Assembly (NCBI GenBank): GCA_951406725.2 | Contig: OX597824.1 | Span: forward strand, 76,384,001 to 76,448,000 | DNA length: 64,000 bases | Origin: Octopus vulgaris | Lineage: Eukaryota | Direction of reading: 5' to 3' | Part shown: one piece after another, positions 40,432-53,899 of the stretch | How positions within the stretch are numbered: the stretch's first letter is position 1 | Layout: each line of letters begins with the position of its first letter | Position numbers and translations under genes: made by a program | The notes under the pieces: generated by a model | Told to the model about the DNA's origin: nothing | The model's input: the letters and a program-made list of their open reading frames with translations, nothing else | Databases searched by the model: none

Positions 40432-40562
40432 TGTATGTATGTATGTATGTATGTATGTATGTATGTATGTATGTATGTATGTATATGCATGCATGTGTAT
40501 GAACATATGGATGTGTATACAGAATGGAGCTTATATAAATGTGATGATATATATGTGTGTAC

Positions 40563-40929
40563 GGAAGCACTCCGTCGGTTACGACGACGAGGGTTCTGGT
40601 TGATCCGATCAACGGAACAGACTGCTGGTGAAATTAACGTGTAAGTGGCTGAGCACTCCACTGACACGTGTACCCTTAACGCAGTTCTCGGGGATATTCA
40701 GCGTGACACAGAGAGTGACAAGGCCGGCCCTTTGAAATACAGGTACAACAGAAACAGGAAGTAAGAGTGAAAGAAAGTTGTGGTGAAAGAGTACAGCAGG
40801 GATCACGACCATCCCTGCCGGAGCCTCGTGGAGCTTTAGGTGTTTTCGCTCAATAAACACTCACAACGCCCGGTCTGGGAATCGAAACCGCGAGTCCGTT
40901 GCCCTAACCACTGGGCCATTGCGCCTCCA
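40563..40929 (-). mobile_element. SINE family C
   Basis: High identity to the other family C copies, with a short deletion in the head. Confidence 0.9.
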
Positions 40930-40974
40930 TATGTGTGGGATTTTATATGAATATACATATATATCTAAATGTAC

Positions 40975-41007
<33 letters not shown>

Positions 41008-41797
41008 TGTATGTATGTATGTATGTATGTATGTATGTATGTATGTATGTATGAATATGTATGTATGCATGTATGTATGTATGTATGCATGCATGCATGT
41101 ATGTATATATACAGATGTACGTAGCCTGCTGAATTATTCAATTATATATTTCTATCCATACATACATGTATGTACGTATGTATGTATGTATGTATGTATG
41201 TATGTATGTATGTATGTATGTATGTATGTATTTATGTATGTATGCATGTATGTATGTATGTATGCATGCATGCATGTATGTATATATACAGATGTACGTA
41301 GCCTGCTGAATTATTCAATTATATATTTCTATCCATACATACATACGTACATACATACATACATAGTAGATACCGATGTGTGTGTATTTATATATATATG
41401 CATGTGTATGAACATATATGAGTATGAATATATATGTGTGTGTGTGTATGTGTATATATGTATTGGGCGTGTGTATACATGCGTGTGTGTGTTACATATT
41501 TGTATCCCTCTGTTCGTTGGTAGAACTAACAAAGATGGCAGCTACCTTTTTTTTAGGATGAAAATACGTAAATGATAATCATTATCTTCTATAATAAACT
41601 TCTTTGTGCATTATATGTATATATACGAGTTGAAGAAAGAAGTAATGATGAAGGAAATATATGCGGAAACAGATTCTTCCATGCAAAAAACTTGTACTAA
41701 AAGACCTGCTTAATTAAACATGGAAATGTATATTTTTCGCAAAAAAACAAACAAACAAAAAAAAACGGCCGAGGATACGGCTTACAATTTCAGTGGA

Positions 41798-42181
41798 TGG
41801 AAGCACTCCGTCGGTTACGACGACGAGAGTTCCGGTTGATCCGATCAACGGAACAGCCTGCTCGTGAAATTAACGTGTAAGTGGCTGAGCACTCCACAGA
41901 CACGTGTACCCTTAACGTAGTTCTCGAGGATATTCAGCGTGACACAGAGAGTGACAAGGCCGGCCCTTTGAAATACAGGTACAACAGAAACAGGAAGTAA
42001 GAGTGAGAGAAAGTTGTGGTGAAAGAGTACAGCAGGGATCACCACCATCCCCTGCCGGAGCCTCGTGGAACTTTAGGTGTTTTCGCTCAATAAACACTCA
42101 CAACGCCCGGTCTGGGAATCGAAACCGCGATCCTACGACCGCGAGTCCGCTGCCCTAACCACTGGGCCATTGCGCCTCCAC
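41798..42181 (-). mobile_element. SINE family C, full length
   Basis: Complete head and body, flanked by a duplicated TACAATT(T/G)CAGT. Confidence 0.9.
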
Positions 42182-42227
42182 TACAATTGCAGTAAAAGAA
42201 GACTCAATGATGGAGCGTGTAATTTAT

Positions 42228-43140
42228 GAAGCACTCCGCCGGTCACGACAATGAGGGTCACAGCTGATATGATCAGCGGAAGAGCTTGCTCGTGAAGTAA
42301 ACGTGCATGTGGCTGAGAACTCCACAGACACGTGCACCCTTAACGTAATTCTCAGGCAGATTTAGTGTGGCACAGAGTGTCCCACTGCGACAACGCTGGC
42401 CCTTTGAATTACAGGTACAACTCATTTTTGCCGGACTGGTGCAGCGTGAAATAAAGTGTTTTGCTCAAGGACACAACGGGTCGCCTGGAATTGAACTCAC
42501 GACCTTACGATCGTCAGCCGAATGTCCTAACCACTAAGCCACGCGCCCTCACGTCTGATACGATCAACGGAACAGCTTGCTCGTGAAATTAATTTGCAAG
42601 TGGCTTAGCACTCCACAGACATGCATACCCTTAACGTAGTTCTCAGGGAGATTCAGCGTGACACAGAGTGTGACAATGTTGGCCCTTTGAAATACAGGTA
42701 CAACTCATTTTTGTCAGCTGAGTGAACTGGAGCAACGTGAAATAAAGTGTCTTGCTCAAGGACACAACACGTCGCCTGGAATTGAACTCACGACCTTACG
42801 ATCGTCAGCCGAATGTCCTAACCACTAAGCCACGCGCCCTCACGTCTGATACGATCAACGGAACAGCTTGCTCGTGAAATTAATTTGCAAGTGGCTTAGC
42901 ACTCCACAGACATGCATACCCTTAACGTAGTTCTCAGGGAGATTCAGCGTGACACAGAGTGTGACAATGTTGGCCCTTTGAAATACAGGTACAACTCATT
43001 TTTGTCAGCTGAGTGAACTGGAGCAACGTGAAATAAAGTGTCTTGCTCAAGGAAACAACACGTCGCCGGGAATTGAACTCACGACTTTACGATCGTCAGG
43101 CGAATGCCCTAACCACTAAGCCACACGCACTCACGTCTGA
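42228..43140 (-). mobile_element. Tandem trimer (291-bp period) of SINE family D
   Basis: CACGTCTGA recurs at 42550, 42841 and 43132. Each unit has a tRNA-like head, CCTTGAGCAAGACAC and a family C-like tail. Confidence 0.85.
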
Positions 43141-43199
43141 TTTATGTACAGCAATGTATGAAGTACTCTGCCAAATTTGAAATGCATATTATTGTATTG

Positions 43200-43600
43200 G
43201 CATCCTTTCTGTCTCGGGAGACAATGGAGTTGCGCATGTTTTTTTTTTGTTTTTTTTTTTGTTTTTGTAGTCTAGCCCGGCTTTTATATTTCATGTCCTG
43301 ATACATTTCCCGCTGTGGCTGTATAGTCCTATCCTGGACAAACACTCCCTCTGGCAGGTACCGCAAATGTAGCGAAGACTGTTCCTGGCTGGTTGTAGTG
43401 CCATAGTCTCTTGTTTACGTCTCTTCCTTTCTTTCCATTTCTCCTCTATCTCTCTGTCACTCTTTTGTATTCCCTCTTTTACTGTACGTCGTCATTTTCC
43501 ACGGTTGCCGGCAACTGCCTCCCAACCGCTAATATTGATGTTGCAGGCCTTCATATCCCTTTTGCAAACATCCCTGTAACGTAAGATCGGTCTGCCCACT
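43200..43600 (-). mobile_element. RTE-clade LINE 3' fragment
   Basis: GRPILRYRDVCKRDMKACNI..WE.VA.NR and CLSRIGLYSH are typical of the RTE C-terminus. Confidence 0.75.
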
Positions 43601-44037
43601 AGCATATTATATACGTATATTGTTAATATGCATATTTTAGTACATGAAAATTGTAATTCATTTATATTAAATATAAATGTGTCGTGAATGTACATTGAAT
43701 AAAATATGTATATTATGACGTACACAGGTTTCGCAGTCATAACTTTATATATAGGATTGGTCATAATGATATTTATATTATATGTGTTTGGAATACATGC
43801 TGCATTGATTATTGACAAACTATATTGCTTTCCGTAAATCTACATGCAGCAGAATATAACCTGATGGTATATCACATGCTGTAACAAGCTTATATCAAAT
43901 ATACAGAACGTATGTTAAGCTGAAGATTTATCAAATATCCAGTCCAGCATATTTCTTTTATGTCATCACTTTTAATGCTAGAATATTCTAGCACACGCAT
44001 ATTCACACACACGCACATATATACATTGGTATACGTA

Positions 44038-45568
44038 CAGAGTGTCCCCCAAAACGCATTAACAAAATGTAATAAAGCACTAAAACCCACAAGCAATTTA
44101 ACTATTCATAACTCACTGAATATTTCGTATCTTTTCAGATGAAATTGACTCGAATGATGGCAGAAGTACGACTAAGTTTCGAAGAAAGAACATTTATCAT
44201 TTATCATAAAGTGCAAAGACAATTTAGACGCACCAACGCGATGCACCATTGTTTGAGTCCGAGGTAAATTGTAATCAGATGGAACAATGCATGACCCCAT
44301 AAGTAGCTTTGAGAAAGACCACAGGAAAAACAATTGCTGGAAACCCTCCAAAGGGAAAACAGTTGCTGGAGCCCTCCACCAATGCCCACAGAAGTCTGCA
44401 CGTCAAATGTCTCGTGAGATACGAATCTCAAAATCAAGCGCCCATCGCTTTTTGAAGCGAATTCATTGAAAAAATTACATTCCAACATTAATCTACGCTC
44501 TAAAGACAGACCATTCTGACAGGAGAGTTGAAATTTGAGAGGGGCATGTAGGCAAATGTCAAGGCGCATGGCTCAGTGGTTAGAGTGTCAAGCTTACGAC
44601 AGTGAGGTTGCGAGTTCGAATCCTGGACCGAGCTACGTGTTGTGTTCTTGAGCAAGACACTATTTCACGTTGCTCCAGTTCACTCAGCTGTAGAAATGAG
44701 TTGCGACATCACAGGGGCCAAGCTGTATCGGCCCCTTTGCCTTTCCCTTGGATAACACTGGTGGCGTGGAGAGAGGAGGCCGGTATGCATGGGCGGCTGC
44801 TGGTCTTCCATAAACAAACTTGCCCGGACTTGTGCCTGGGAGGGTAACTTTCTAGGTGCAATCCCATTGTCATTTATGACCGAAAGGGGTCTCAGCATGT
44901 GGGCAAATGCGAAGAAGAGGCAGAATTTCCATCCAAAATTGTCTGAAGCGATGAGGCCAGCTTTAAGTTAAATTGTTCAATTAACAGACACGCTTGCACC
45001 TACTGGGATCCTAAAAATCCATATGTTTCTATGGGAATATCAGCAGTGGACACCCTAATACCCTTCTTTTTTAACCAAACTGTCATTAGGAATGTTTAGC
45101 TAAACTTGCTGCAGGAATCTATCATTTCAAATATCGAAGAGACTTTCAGCAAAATGGGGCACTTCGAAACTACCATCGTGATGTAAAGGCCTATCTCGAT
45201 GCAGCTTTTCCGAACAGATGGATTTGGTGAAGAGGTAATCTTGAATTCCCTGCGTGTTTCCCAGACTTCATTCCAATGGACGTCTATTTGTGGCGGTTTC
45301 TCAAAAATAAGGTTTACGGCTCAAAACCAGCAACAGTCAAAGAAATTGAAAGACGATGTCTCGCAGTTTCAAATAAAACTATTCGCAATGTTGTTGAATA
45401 TACTGATCCGTTTTATCGGCCGTTTGGAAAACGGTGATCGCCAGTTTGGACATTTTTAAGCATGCATTTATCCATTTATACATTTAGCCATTAATGTTGT
45501 CTCTAAGTCAATAAACAATGCATTAATTGTCATTTAAAAAAATGAGTACAGTTTCAGGGGATACTCTG
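44038..45568 (+). mobile_element. Decayed Tc1/mariner-superfamily DNA transposon interrupted by a SINE
   Basis: Termini TA|CAGAGTGTCCCC ... GGGGATACTCTG|TA. Relic motifs include [32 protein letters not shown]...YW..KNP and FLKNKVY.SKP.T. Confidence 0.8.
44562..44893 (+). mobile_element. SINE with a family D-like head, nested in the Tc1-like element
   Basis: GGCGCATGGCTCAGTGGTTAGAG..GAGTTCGAATCC head and CTTGAGCAAGACAC block. Confidence 0.8.
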
Positions 45569-45596
45569 TATTTTCATATATCTATATCTACCAAAG

Positions 45597-45900
45597 TGTG
45601 GCGGCGCAATGGCCCAGTGGTTAGGGCAGCGGACTCGCGGTCGGAGGGTCACTGTTTCGATTCCCAGTCCGGGCGTTGTGTGTGTTTATTGAGCGAAAAA
45701 AACTAAAAGCTCCACGAGGCTCCTGCAGGGGGTGGTAGCGATCCCCGTTGTACTCTTTCGGCACAACTTTCTCTCAGCCTCTCTTCCTGTTTCTTGAGTA
45801 ACGCTGCAATGGACTGGCGTCCCGTCCAGCTGGGGGAAACACATACGCCATAGAAACCGGAAAACCGGGCCCATGAGCCTGGCTAGGCTTGAAAAGGGCG
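45597..45900 (+). mobile_element. SINE with a family C head and an alternative tail
   Basis: Same head as family C. The tail GACTGGCGTCCCGTCCAGCTG is shared with 58300-58545. Confidence 0.8.
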
Positions 45901-46714
45901 ACGTTTATCGTGATATCTACCGAAGTGAGGGTACGTGGCCTAGTAGTTAGAGTGTTGAATCAATAGTCAAAACATCTAAGTTTCGATTCTCAGATCAGGT
46001 GTGTCTTATTCTTGAGCAAAACATTTCGTTTCGTATTGCTCTGCGATCTATTCGACATCTGACATTTAGCGTACCGTGTTAGTTTGAGTGGCACTTAACA
46101 TATTTGGTAGAAGTTATATTCACACATGTATACATGTAAATATATGAATATATAAGTACATATGTATATCTAACTATCTATCCTTTTATATCTATCTATC
46201 TGTCTATATTTTTATATATATCTTTCTCCCTCTCTCTCTTCCCAATTGTACTAAACAGATATTTGATCACAATAAACAAATCATGTGTGCAGGTTGTTCA
46301 GTAAGAATTTGTGGAACCCCCATCGGTCGTCTATGATAGGAGAGACCAACATCATCCATCACATCTACCAATCTATCGATCTACATCTGTTTACAAACAC
46401 ACACAAACACAGACACATGCACAAGCGCACACACATATACATACACACAGTGATATATATATATCTTCTTCTCTTTTTCCCTCTCCTCATCTTCCCCTTC
46501 TTCTTCTTCTCCGTCACTTCCTCCTCCTCCCCTTCTTCTCCTTCCTCTTCTTTCCTACCAAGAATTCACAACGACCTCGAACCCACACGAGTAAACAAGA
46601 GAGATAAGAAACAGGCAGAAACAAGGAGAATGCTACTTGTATTTGAAGATTATGCAAATATTCTTTTAAAAAACTTTTCTTTTAATTTTTCCAAAATTTA
46701 ACTGTTTTCCGTAC

Positions 46715-46756
46715 TTACAGTTGAAAAAGTCTCAATGATTGAAACCGGTACTAAAA
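46715..46756 (+). ncRNA. Minimal HHR-like motif with a U3-A8 core variant (tentative)
   Basis: AG-TTGAAAA-AGTC-tcaat-GATT-GAAA-CCGG-TA-CT. Stem I is weak. Confidence 0.35.
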
Positions 46757-46804
46757 TGTTTTTTACAAAATTATTTTAGCATTTTCTACTTTGACATTTT
46801 TTCC

Positions 46805-46837
<33 letters not shown>

Positions 46838-46875
46838 GGTTTGGAGATGATGTACAGGTATTATATATTAGAAGA

Positions 46876-47062
46876 AATGAGGTACTCAGAAATCTGGATG
46901 GTTTTATATTTATAAATATTTATTAGTATGTTACATGTTTTTATAAATCATATAGCATATATATGGACGAAAGCGCTAATATATGATATATGATTGATAA
47001 AAACATGTGACATACTAATAAATATCTGTAAATATAAAACCATCCAGATTTCTGAGTACCTC

Positions 47063-47066
<4 letters not shown>
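46876..47066. repeat. Fold-back with ~85-bp arms between (TA)n tracts
   Basis: AATGAGGTACTCAGAAATCTGGATGGTTTTATATTTA... pairs with ...TAAATATAAAACCATCCAGATTTCTGAGTACCTCATT. Confidence 0.85.
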
Positions 47067-47105
<39 letters not shown>

Positions 47106-47236
47106 ACTCATTATCTTTCATTAAACTTTTAATACTTTAGATATATATTTAAAATAATATAAATTAATTATTTTTATGTATTGGCTTAAGTTTTTCATTG
47201 TTTGATTTGCCTAATAGTGGTTTTATCTCTAATTTA

Positions 47237-47279
<43 letters not shown>

Positions 47280-47670
47280 ACACACATACACACGCACACA
47301 CGCATGTATATGAGATCTTCCCTGATGTTTTCTCTAAGTTTCGCAGTGTCGCTTCTTCAAAACTGCATTACATCTTAATTTTAAGATGAATATTGTGAAG
47401 TGCTGGTAAGACGTAGGTCAAAGAGAGGCTCGTAAATATCGATATTCTAATACCTAAATATATAATATGAATATGACGGGTGATCAATATATTGTAACAT
47501 AAACAACGGAAAAAGTGAAAACCCATTGAAAAGTGTCAATTTAACGTCCAAAAGATGGAAAGAAAAGTCGTAACGCATCGGACTTTATTCTTTCATTAGA
47601 AGAGATGAATGGGGAGAGAGGGAAAAGGGTAAAAGTGTTTGAGAGGAATAGTAAAAATAAAAAAAAAGAC

Positions 47671-47702
<32 letters not shown>

Positions 47703-47704
47703 CG

Positions 47705-47912
47705 TGCACACCGTCGATTACGACGATAACGGTCCCAGTTGATCCGATCAATGGAATGGCTTGATCGTGAAATTAATGAGCAAGTGGCTGAGCACTCCAC
47801 AGACACGTGTATCCTTAACGTAGTTCTCGGGGAAACTTAGCGTGACACAGTGTGTGACAAGACCGACCCCTTGAAATCCAGGTACAGCAGAAACAGGAAG
47901 AAAGAGTGAACG

Positions 47913-47991
<79 letters not shown>

Positions 47992-48154
47992 GTTGTAGTG
48001 AAAAGTAGAGCAGAGTTCGTCACCCCGCCTGCCGGAACATCGTGCAGCTTTAAGTGTTTTCGCTCAATAAACACTTACAACACTTTGGGAATCGAAACCG
48101 AGATTCTACGTCCGCGAGTCCGCTACCCTAACCACCGGGCAATTGCGCCTCCAC
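47705..48154 (-). mobile_element. SINE family C, diverged, with an internal (GATA)n expansion
   Basis: The family C body is interrupted by (GATA)n at ~47913-47990. Confidence 0.8.
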
Positions 48155-48650
48155 TATGTAAAAAAAAACAGGCACACACGCATATGTTCTGGCCCAAGGC
48201 GTGGCTGTGTGGTAAGAAGTTTGCTTCCCAACAACATAGTTCTGATATCAGCCCGACTGTGTAGCAGCTCGAGCTAGTGTCTTCTAGTATAAGCTCGGAT
48301 CGACTAAAGTTTTGTGAGTGGATTTGGTAGATGGACAGAGAAAGATACCCGTCGTATACACACACGCTACAGAGGAGTGGTTCGCTCCCGATTCGCAATA
48401 TAGCAGACACGGGTTGTGTACCGTTAACCATCTGGTGAAGATGATTATCTGGAGCTAAAATTTAGTAACATAGGTCTGTATTGAACAGTCACGCTGAAAT
48501 GGCAACAAACATTACTGTTTAGTATCGTTACTACTTGTATCTCTTTCAAAAATTGTAGAACCACCTACTTTAGCTTATATATATATATATATATGTTTCG
48601 TTTTTGGATTTGGTTCGCAAGATACTTTATATGAGTTCATGTGTTGAAGC

Positions 48651-48916
48651 ATATTCCGTTGTGTCTAGGGAGAGTCATTTTCTTGTGCCCTATAATGTAA
48701 CACACTCACCGGTAAAATTTCCACCTATTACTTCTTTTTATTTTCCTAAAATTTTCGTTGCGTCTCGCAACCTTTTCAAGTCTTCACTCTCAAAAGGTTG
48801 CAAGGCGCAACGGAAATTTTTGGAAAATAAAAATAAGAAATAAGTGGAAATTTTACCGGTGAGTGTGTTAAATTATAAGGCACAAAAAGAAAATGTCTCT
48901 CCCTAAACACAACAGA

Positions 48917-48920
<4 letters not shown>
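48651..48920. repeat. Fold-back with ~125-bp imperfect arms between (TA)n tracts
   Basis: ACACACTCACCGGTAAAATTTCCAC pairs with GTGGAAATTTTACCGGTGAGTGTGT. The centre is GCAACCTTTT..AAAAGGTTGC. Confidence 0.85.
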
Positions 48921-48957
<37 letters not shown>

Positions 48958-49390
48958 ACTCCAAGAAAGGGGTTGTGAATCCAACCCACTAAGGGATAAT
49001 AACTATCCAATATACTGCTGGTAGAATACCCAATTACTAATCAGCGCATTATGGTATGATAATATTTATAATTGTAACGATATAAACTAATACACTGATC
49101 CTACATTCCAAAAACACATATAATACGTATGTATATATAAGTATGTTTGGATGGAAAAATATATATGTATATATATTTGTGCGTGTATGCATGTGTGCAT
49201 ATACATATATACGTTCCTCATGTGTATGCAGTTTCGTTCTGACATAACTGTACTAACTTTATGATATATTGATTGTAAAATTACTATCCTTATAACTTTC
49301 AAAAATAGCTGTTTATATATTATATTCTATATTATATCTAATGTGGATAATAGAATACATCTAATATCAATAATATTAGTAATAACTGAT

Positions 49391-49454
<64 letters not shown>

Positions 49455-49562
49455 TTATGTATATCTATATATATATATAAGTATTTAAATGTGTGTTTTA
49501 TTTTTATTTATTCATTTTATATTTATATTTATATTTATTCATAACTTAACATTATGGACTTT

Positions 49563-49692
49563 ATAATCTCTGACGTAGCCTAGAGAAATACACAAGTACC
49601 TCAATTTCATCTACCTATTACTTCAGTCTACTTGAGTAATAAAGGTAGAATGAGGTATTTTTACCTCTTGTCTGAAACAGCTGTAAGTTATT
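49563..49692 (+). ncRNA. Degenerate type I HHR-like motif with a long stem II
   Basis: CTGACGTA (core with an extra T), a long hairpin TACCTCA..CTACCT.ATTACTT/GAGTAAT.AGGTAG..TGAGGTA, then GAAA-CAGCTG-TA as in the Penelope-associated HHR. Confidence 0.45.
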
Positions 49693-49902
49693 TTCCTAAT
49701 TTATATTTATGTATGTTATTTTGTAATAATTACTGGTATCATTATATATTAGTATGTTTTATATCTTATATATTAAAGCATAATATGTTATACATGTATG
49801 TATATTATTATAATTATCAGTTTAGTAAATAAATAAATAAGTTAACATAATATAATGCCTAAAAGTTGATGAACCACCTATTGATCCCCACCATTTTCTT
49901 AT

Positions 49903-49984
<82 letters not shown>

Positions 49985-50473
49985 CTGTATATATATATAT
50001 ATATATATACGTATGCAAGGTATGCACGTAGCTTATACACATATATTTACGCAAGCACATCCAAACACTTACAGCCACAAATCGAATAATATCGTTTGCT
50101 TGCCAGCAACCAGCCTTCCAGCCAACCAACCAACCAGCCGACAAGCTCTGCGAAAACGATCTATTTCATTCATCCGTCAGTCATTATTGCCATTAATTGA
50201 ATCTAATTATTTTTCATAATGAAAATTTATTTTTCATTCATAGCTATCAATTGAGCATAATATATGTATATCTATTTAGTAATTGATTGTCGAACGCTAT
50301 TTTTCTTTTGTTTGTTTCTGCTATCTCTTTCTTTCATTACTCCATTAAAAAACAAACAAAACATCTTTTATTTATTTATCAAGAATTCTTATTCATCTAC
50401 TTATATAAATATAATTTCATAGTGTAAATCTAATTTAGAGTAATAATGAAGATAATGATGGTGATGACGGTAC

Positions 50474-50540
<67 letters not shown>

Positions 50541-50749
50541 GATAAAGAGTATATTTTATAAAATTGTTAAATTAGACTTATTCTAAATTGATTTTGATAA
50601 CAGAATCAATAAAACAAAGTGCTAATGAATTATTTCTAAATTACATTCGAACTGTACTGAGAAAATGTTGTCAAATTAACACTATTTAAAGAAAAGTTAT
50701 ATATACATTCGTTATTTTTTTTGTTTGGAATAAGTATAAGTGTGACATT

Positions 50750-50985
50750 CGGTAAACTGGCATGAACGTTAGTACGCCGGGCGAAATGCTTAGCGGTATT
50801 TCGTCCGCCATTACGTTCTGAGTTTGAATTCCGCCGAGGTCGACTTTGCCCTTCATCGTTCCGGGGTCGATAAATTAAGTACCAGTTACACACTGGGGTC
50901 GATGTAATCGACTTAATACCTTTGTCTGCCCTTGTTTGTCTCCTCTATGTTTAGCCCCTTTTGGGTAATAAAGTAATAGGTATTC
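50750..50985 (+). mobile_element. SINE family A
   Basis: Core motif as above. Confidence 0.85.
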
Positions 50986-51301
50986 CGTTCGTGAGAGAAG
51001 ATAGCAGCTAGTAAGACTGTGTATGTTTGTAGCTGTGCAGGCATTAGACTGCTATGTGTATATATAACAGTCAGCATCAGAGCTCTTTAGCTCTTCTTTC
51101 TAGCATACTATCTATTCTATTACCCATTGTCATATTTAATGAAAATTATAGTTCTCTTTTTCGGTGATACATTGCTTAACTACTGCCGAATTTAAATTAT
51201 TTGTATACACATTAGCGATTCACTAAATTATCCATAGATTTTTGTGGAGCAGGTATATATACTGGTAGTGATCTTGTCCGGAATCCGGTGTATTGTGCCG
51301 A

Positions 51302-51352
51302 CCCTACTGAAGAGGCTTCGATCTTAAAGCCGAAACCGTCGTCGGTATAGGG
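51302..51352 (+). ncRNA. Canonical type I hammerhead ribozyme
   Basis: CCCTA-CTGAAGA-GGCTT-cgatctta-AAGCC-GAAA-CCG-tcgt-CGG-TA-TAGGG. All three stems pair, and predicted cleavage follows the GUA ending at 51347. Confidence 0.85.
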
Positions 51353-51827
51353 ATATCACGACTGACACTTTCAGCCGTTTACGATCACTGTCAGTATATA
51401 TGTATACAATTATGTGCGTTTGACCGCAGGATCAAACACTTTAACTCTTATTTCTAGCGTTGTAGGTGTTCTAGCATCCGCTGTCATATTCAATGATAAT
51501 TATATATATAAATATATATATATCATCACTAGTTCATATATCCGAAAATCTGTTGAGTTAAAATCTTCCTTGGATATGTGGGTTCGAAGGGAGTGGTAAT
51601 TAGGTTGTAGGTTCCCTATCTTCATCCAAAATTCCCACAAAAATTTTCTAATATTAGAGCACAAACCTAAATGCACACCCATAAAAAACATACAATCATA
51701 TGCAAGCAAGCTGGAAGGACTCTTCTCCTTTCTTCTGAATTTTTTGGGAAGTTTGTCAAGATTTAAAATTTAAAATTTAATCTTTTAAATAAAATCTTAT
51801 TTATATTCTCATATTCTTGTATGGGGA

Positions 51828-52212
51828 TGGAAGCACTCCGTCGGTTACGACGACGAGGGTTCCGGTTGATCCGAATCAACGGAACAGCCTGCTCGTGAAA
51901 TTAACGTGTAAGTGACTGAGCGCTCCACAGACACGTGTACCCTTAACGTAGTTCTCGGGGATATTCAGCGTGACACAGAGGGTGACAAGGCCGGCCCTTT
52001 GAAATACAGGTACAACAGAAACAGGAAGTAAGAGTGAGAGAAAGTTGTGGTGAAAGAGTACAGCAGGGATCACCACCATCCCCTGCCGGAGCCTCGTGGA
52101 GCTTTAGGTGTTTTCGTTCAATAAACACTCACAACGCCCGGTCTGGGAATCGAAACCGCGATCCTATGACCACGAGTCCGCTGCCCTAACCACTGGGCCA
52201 TTGCGCCTCCAC
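51828..52212 (-). mobile_element. SINE family C, full length
   Basis: Near-identical to the 41798 copy. Confidence 0.9.
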
Positions 52213-52419
52213 ATTCATGTATGAACGTATACACGCGTTTTATAATGGCTCTCTTACACACATATCTAAAAGAATCTATTATAAAATATCCACGTTTCAA
52301 ACAGAATTGGAGAAACATTTATAAATGCATAGGCAACAAGCACGGCCTCATAAAACACAAATGTAAAAATAACACTCTCCAGCAAATGCACACATACACA
52401 AAAACACACGCTCATATAC

Positions 52420-52464
<45 letters not shown>

Positions 52465-52725
52465 CACACACATATACATATATATAGATATTCGTATATA
52501 TATAAATATATATACATATATATAAATACATACATATATATATATGCACCCCCCCAGCACACATATATATACATATACATATTCCAGTTTGACTAGAACG
52601 AAGAATAGGCCGCTTGCTGCTAGCTCCCAGGATACCAAACCACAAAACTGACTTAAATAAACTTTTTCCCTTACCTTCACTCTCTCCTTTCTTTCTACAC
52701 ACACACACGCACACACGCACGCACG

Positions 52726-52794
<69 letters not shown>

Positions 52795-53647
52795 ATACAT
52801 ATATACATACATACATAAACACAAAGTCATTTGTGCATGTATTTTTTTTTGAAGTATTTATAACTATACCTTCACACAGGAAGCAGGAAAAAGTTTACAT
52901 TATCATATACAACATATGAATAGTCCCCACCTGCCAGATCAAAATCACACATACACAAAATAAAAACAAAAAAAAACATGACGAACTACTAATATATTTT
53001 TTTCTAAATCTTCACTGTAATTCGTTCATAACAATATGTCTGCCGAGAAACGTCAAAACTCCAGCAGAGATCCGTGTGCATTGTGTGTATATCTGTTTAA
53101 ATGCGTTGGCTACGTGTGGTCTTCTGAAACAGAACTGGTTCGCTGTGTTTGTTCAGAAATATATAAATTCGTAGCATGTGGTTTCCGGCCCGGTTACATC
53201 TCCTTCTCAGTTCACATCCTGCAGGTAACGCCTAGCACTAACAGCAGCGACAGAAGCATCAGTACAAGCGTACCCAGAGTAACCTCGTAACCAGTATGAC
53301 GACAGCCAATAATACCACTGCAGATAATACCAATACTGCTATTTCTATCGTCCTCATAGCCACTGCCAACGTTGTACTTGTTATTATCATCACCACCATT
53401 GTCGTCGTCGTCACATCGCCATTGTCACATTTAAAAACAAAATTTTTCTTATTTCAGTCATAAGACTGCGGCCATGCTAGAGCACTGCTTTGATATTTTA
53501 GTCGAAAGAATTGACCCAGTACATCATTTTTAGGTCTGGTACTTATTCTATCGGCCTCTGTTGCCGAACCTCTAGGTTACAGCGAAGCAAATACACGAAC
53601 ACTGGTTGTCAAGTGGTGGGACAAACATAGACACAGATACACACGCG

Positions 53648-53709
<62 letters not shown>

Positions 53710-53899
53710 CACACACACACACACACACACAGACACACATATATACATATATATGTTTGCATGTATGTATATATTAATATAAATAAGGATAAGAGCGTTA
53801 TTTAAATATCGATCTTACCAAGTGGCCGGCATGGGAATAAAAACCTTCAAAGGTAATAATAATTATTATTATTATAATTTAGGGTATCTAAGACAGACT

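Noticed and set aside
42110-42181. tRNA-like sequences at SINE heads
   Set aside because: They continue directly into SINE bodies and are not standalone tRNA genes.
53036-53290. 84-aa ORF or possible first exon (TATA-like ATATAAA, CAG|GTAACG)
   Set aside because: No homology is recognisable and no partner exon was found. Such signals are common by chance.
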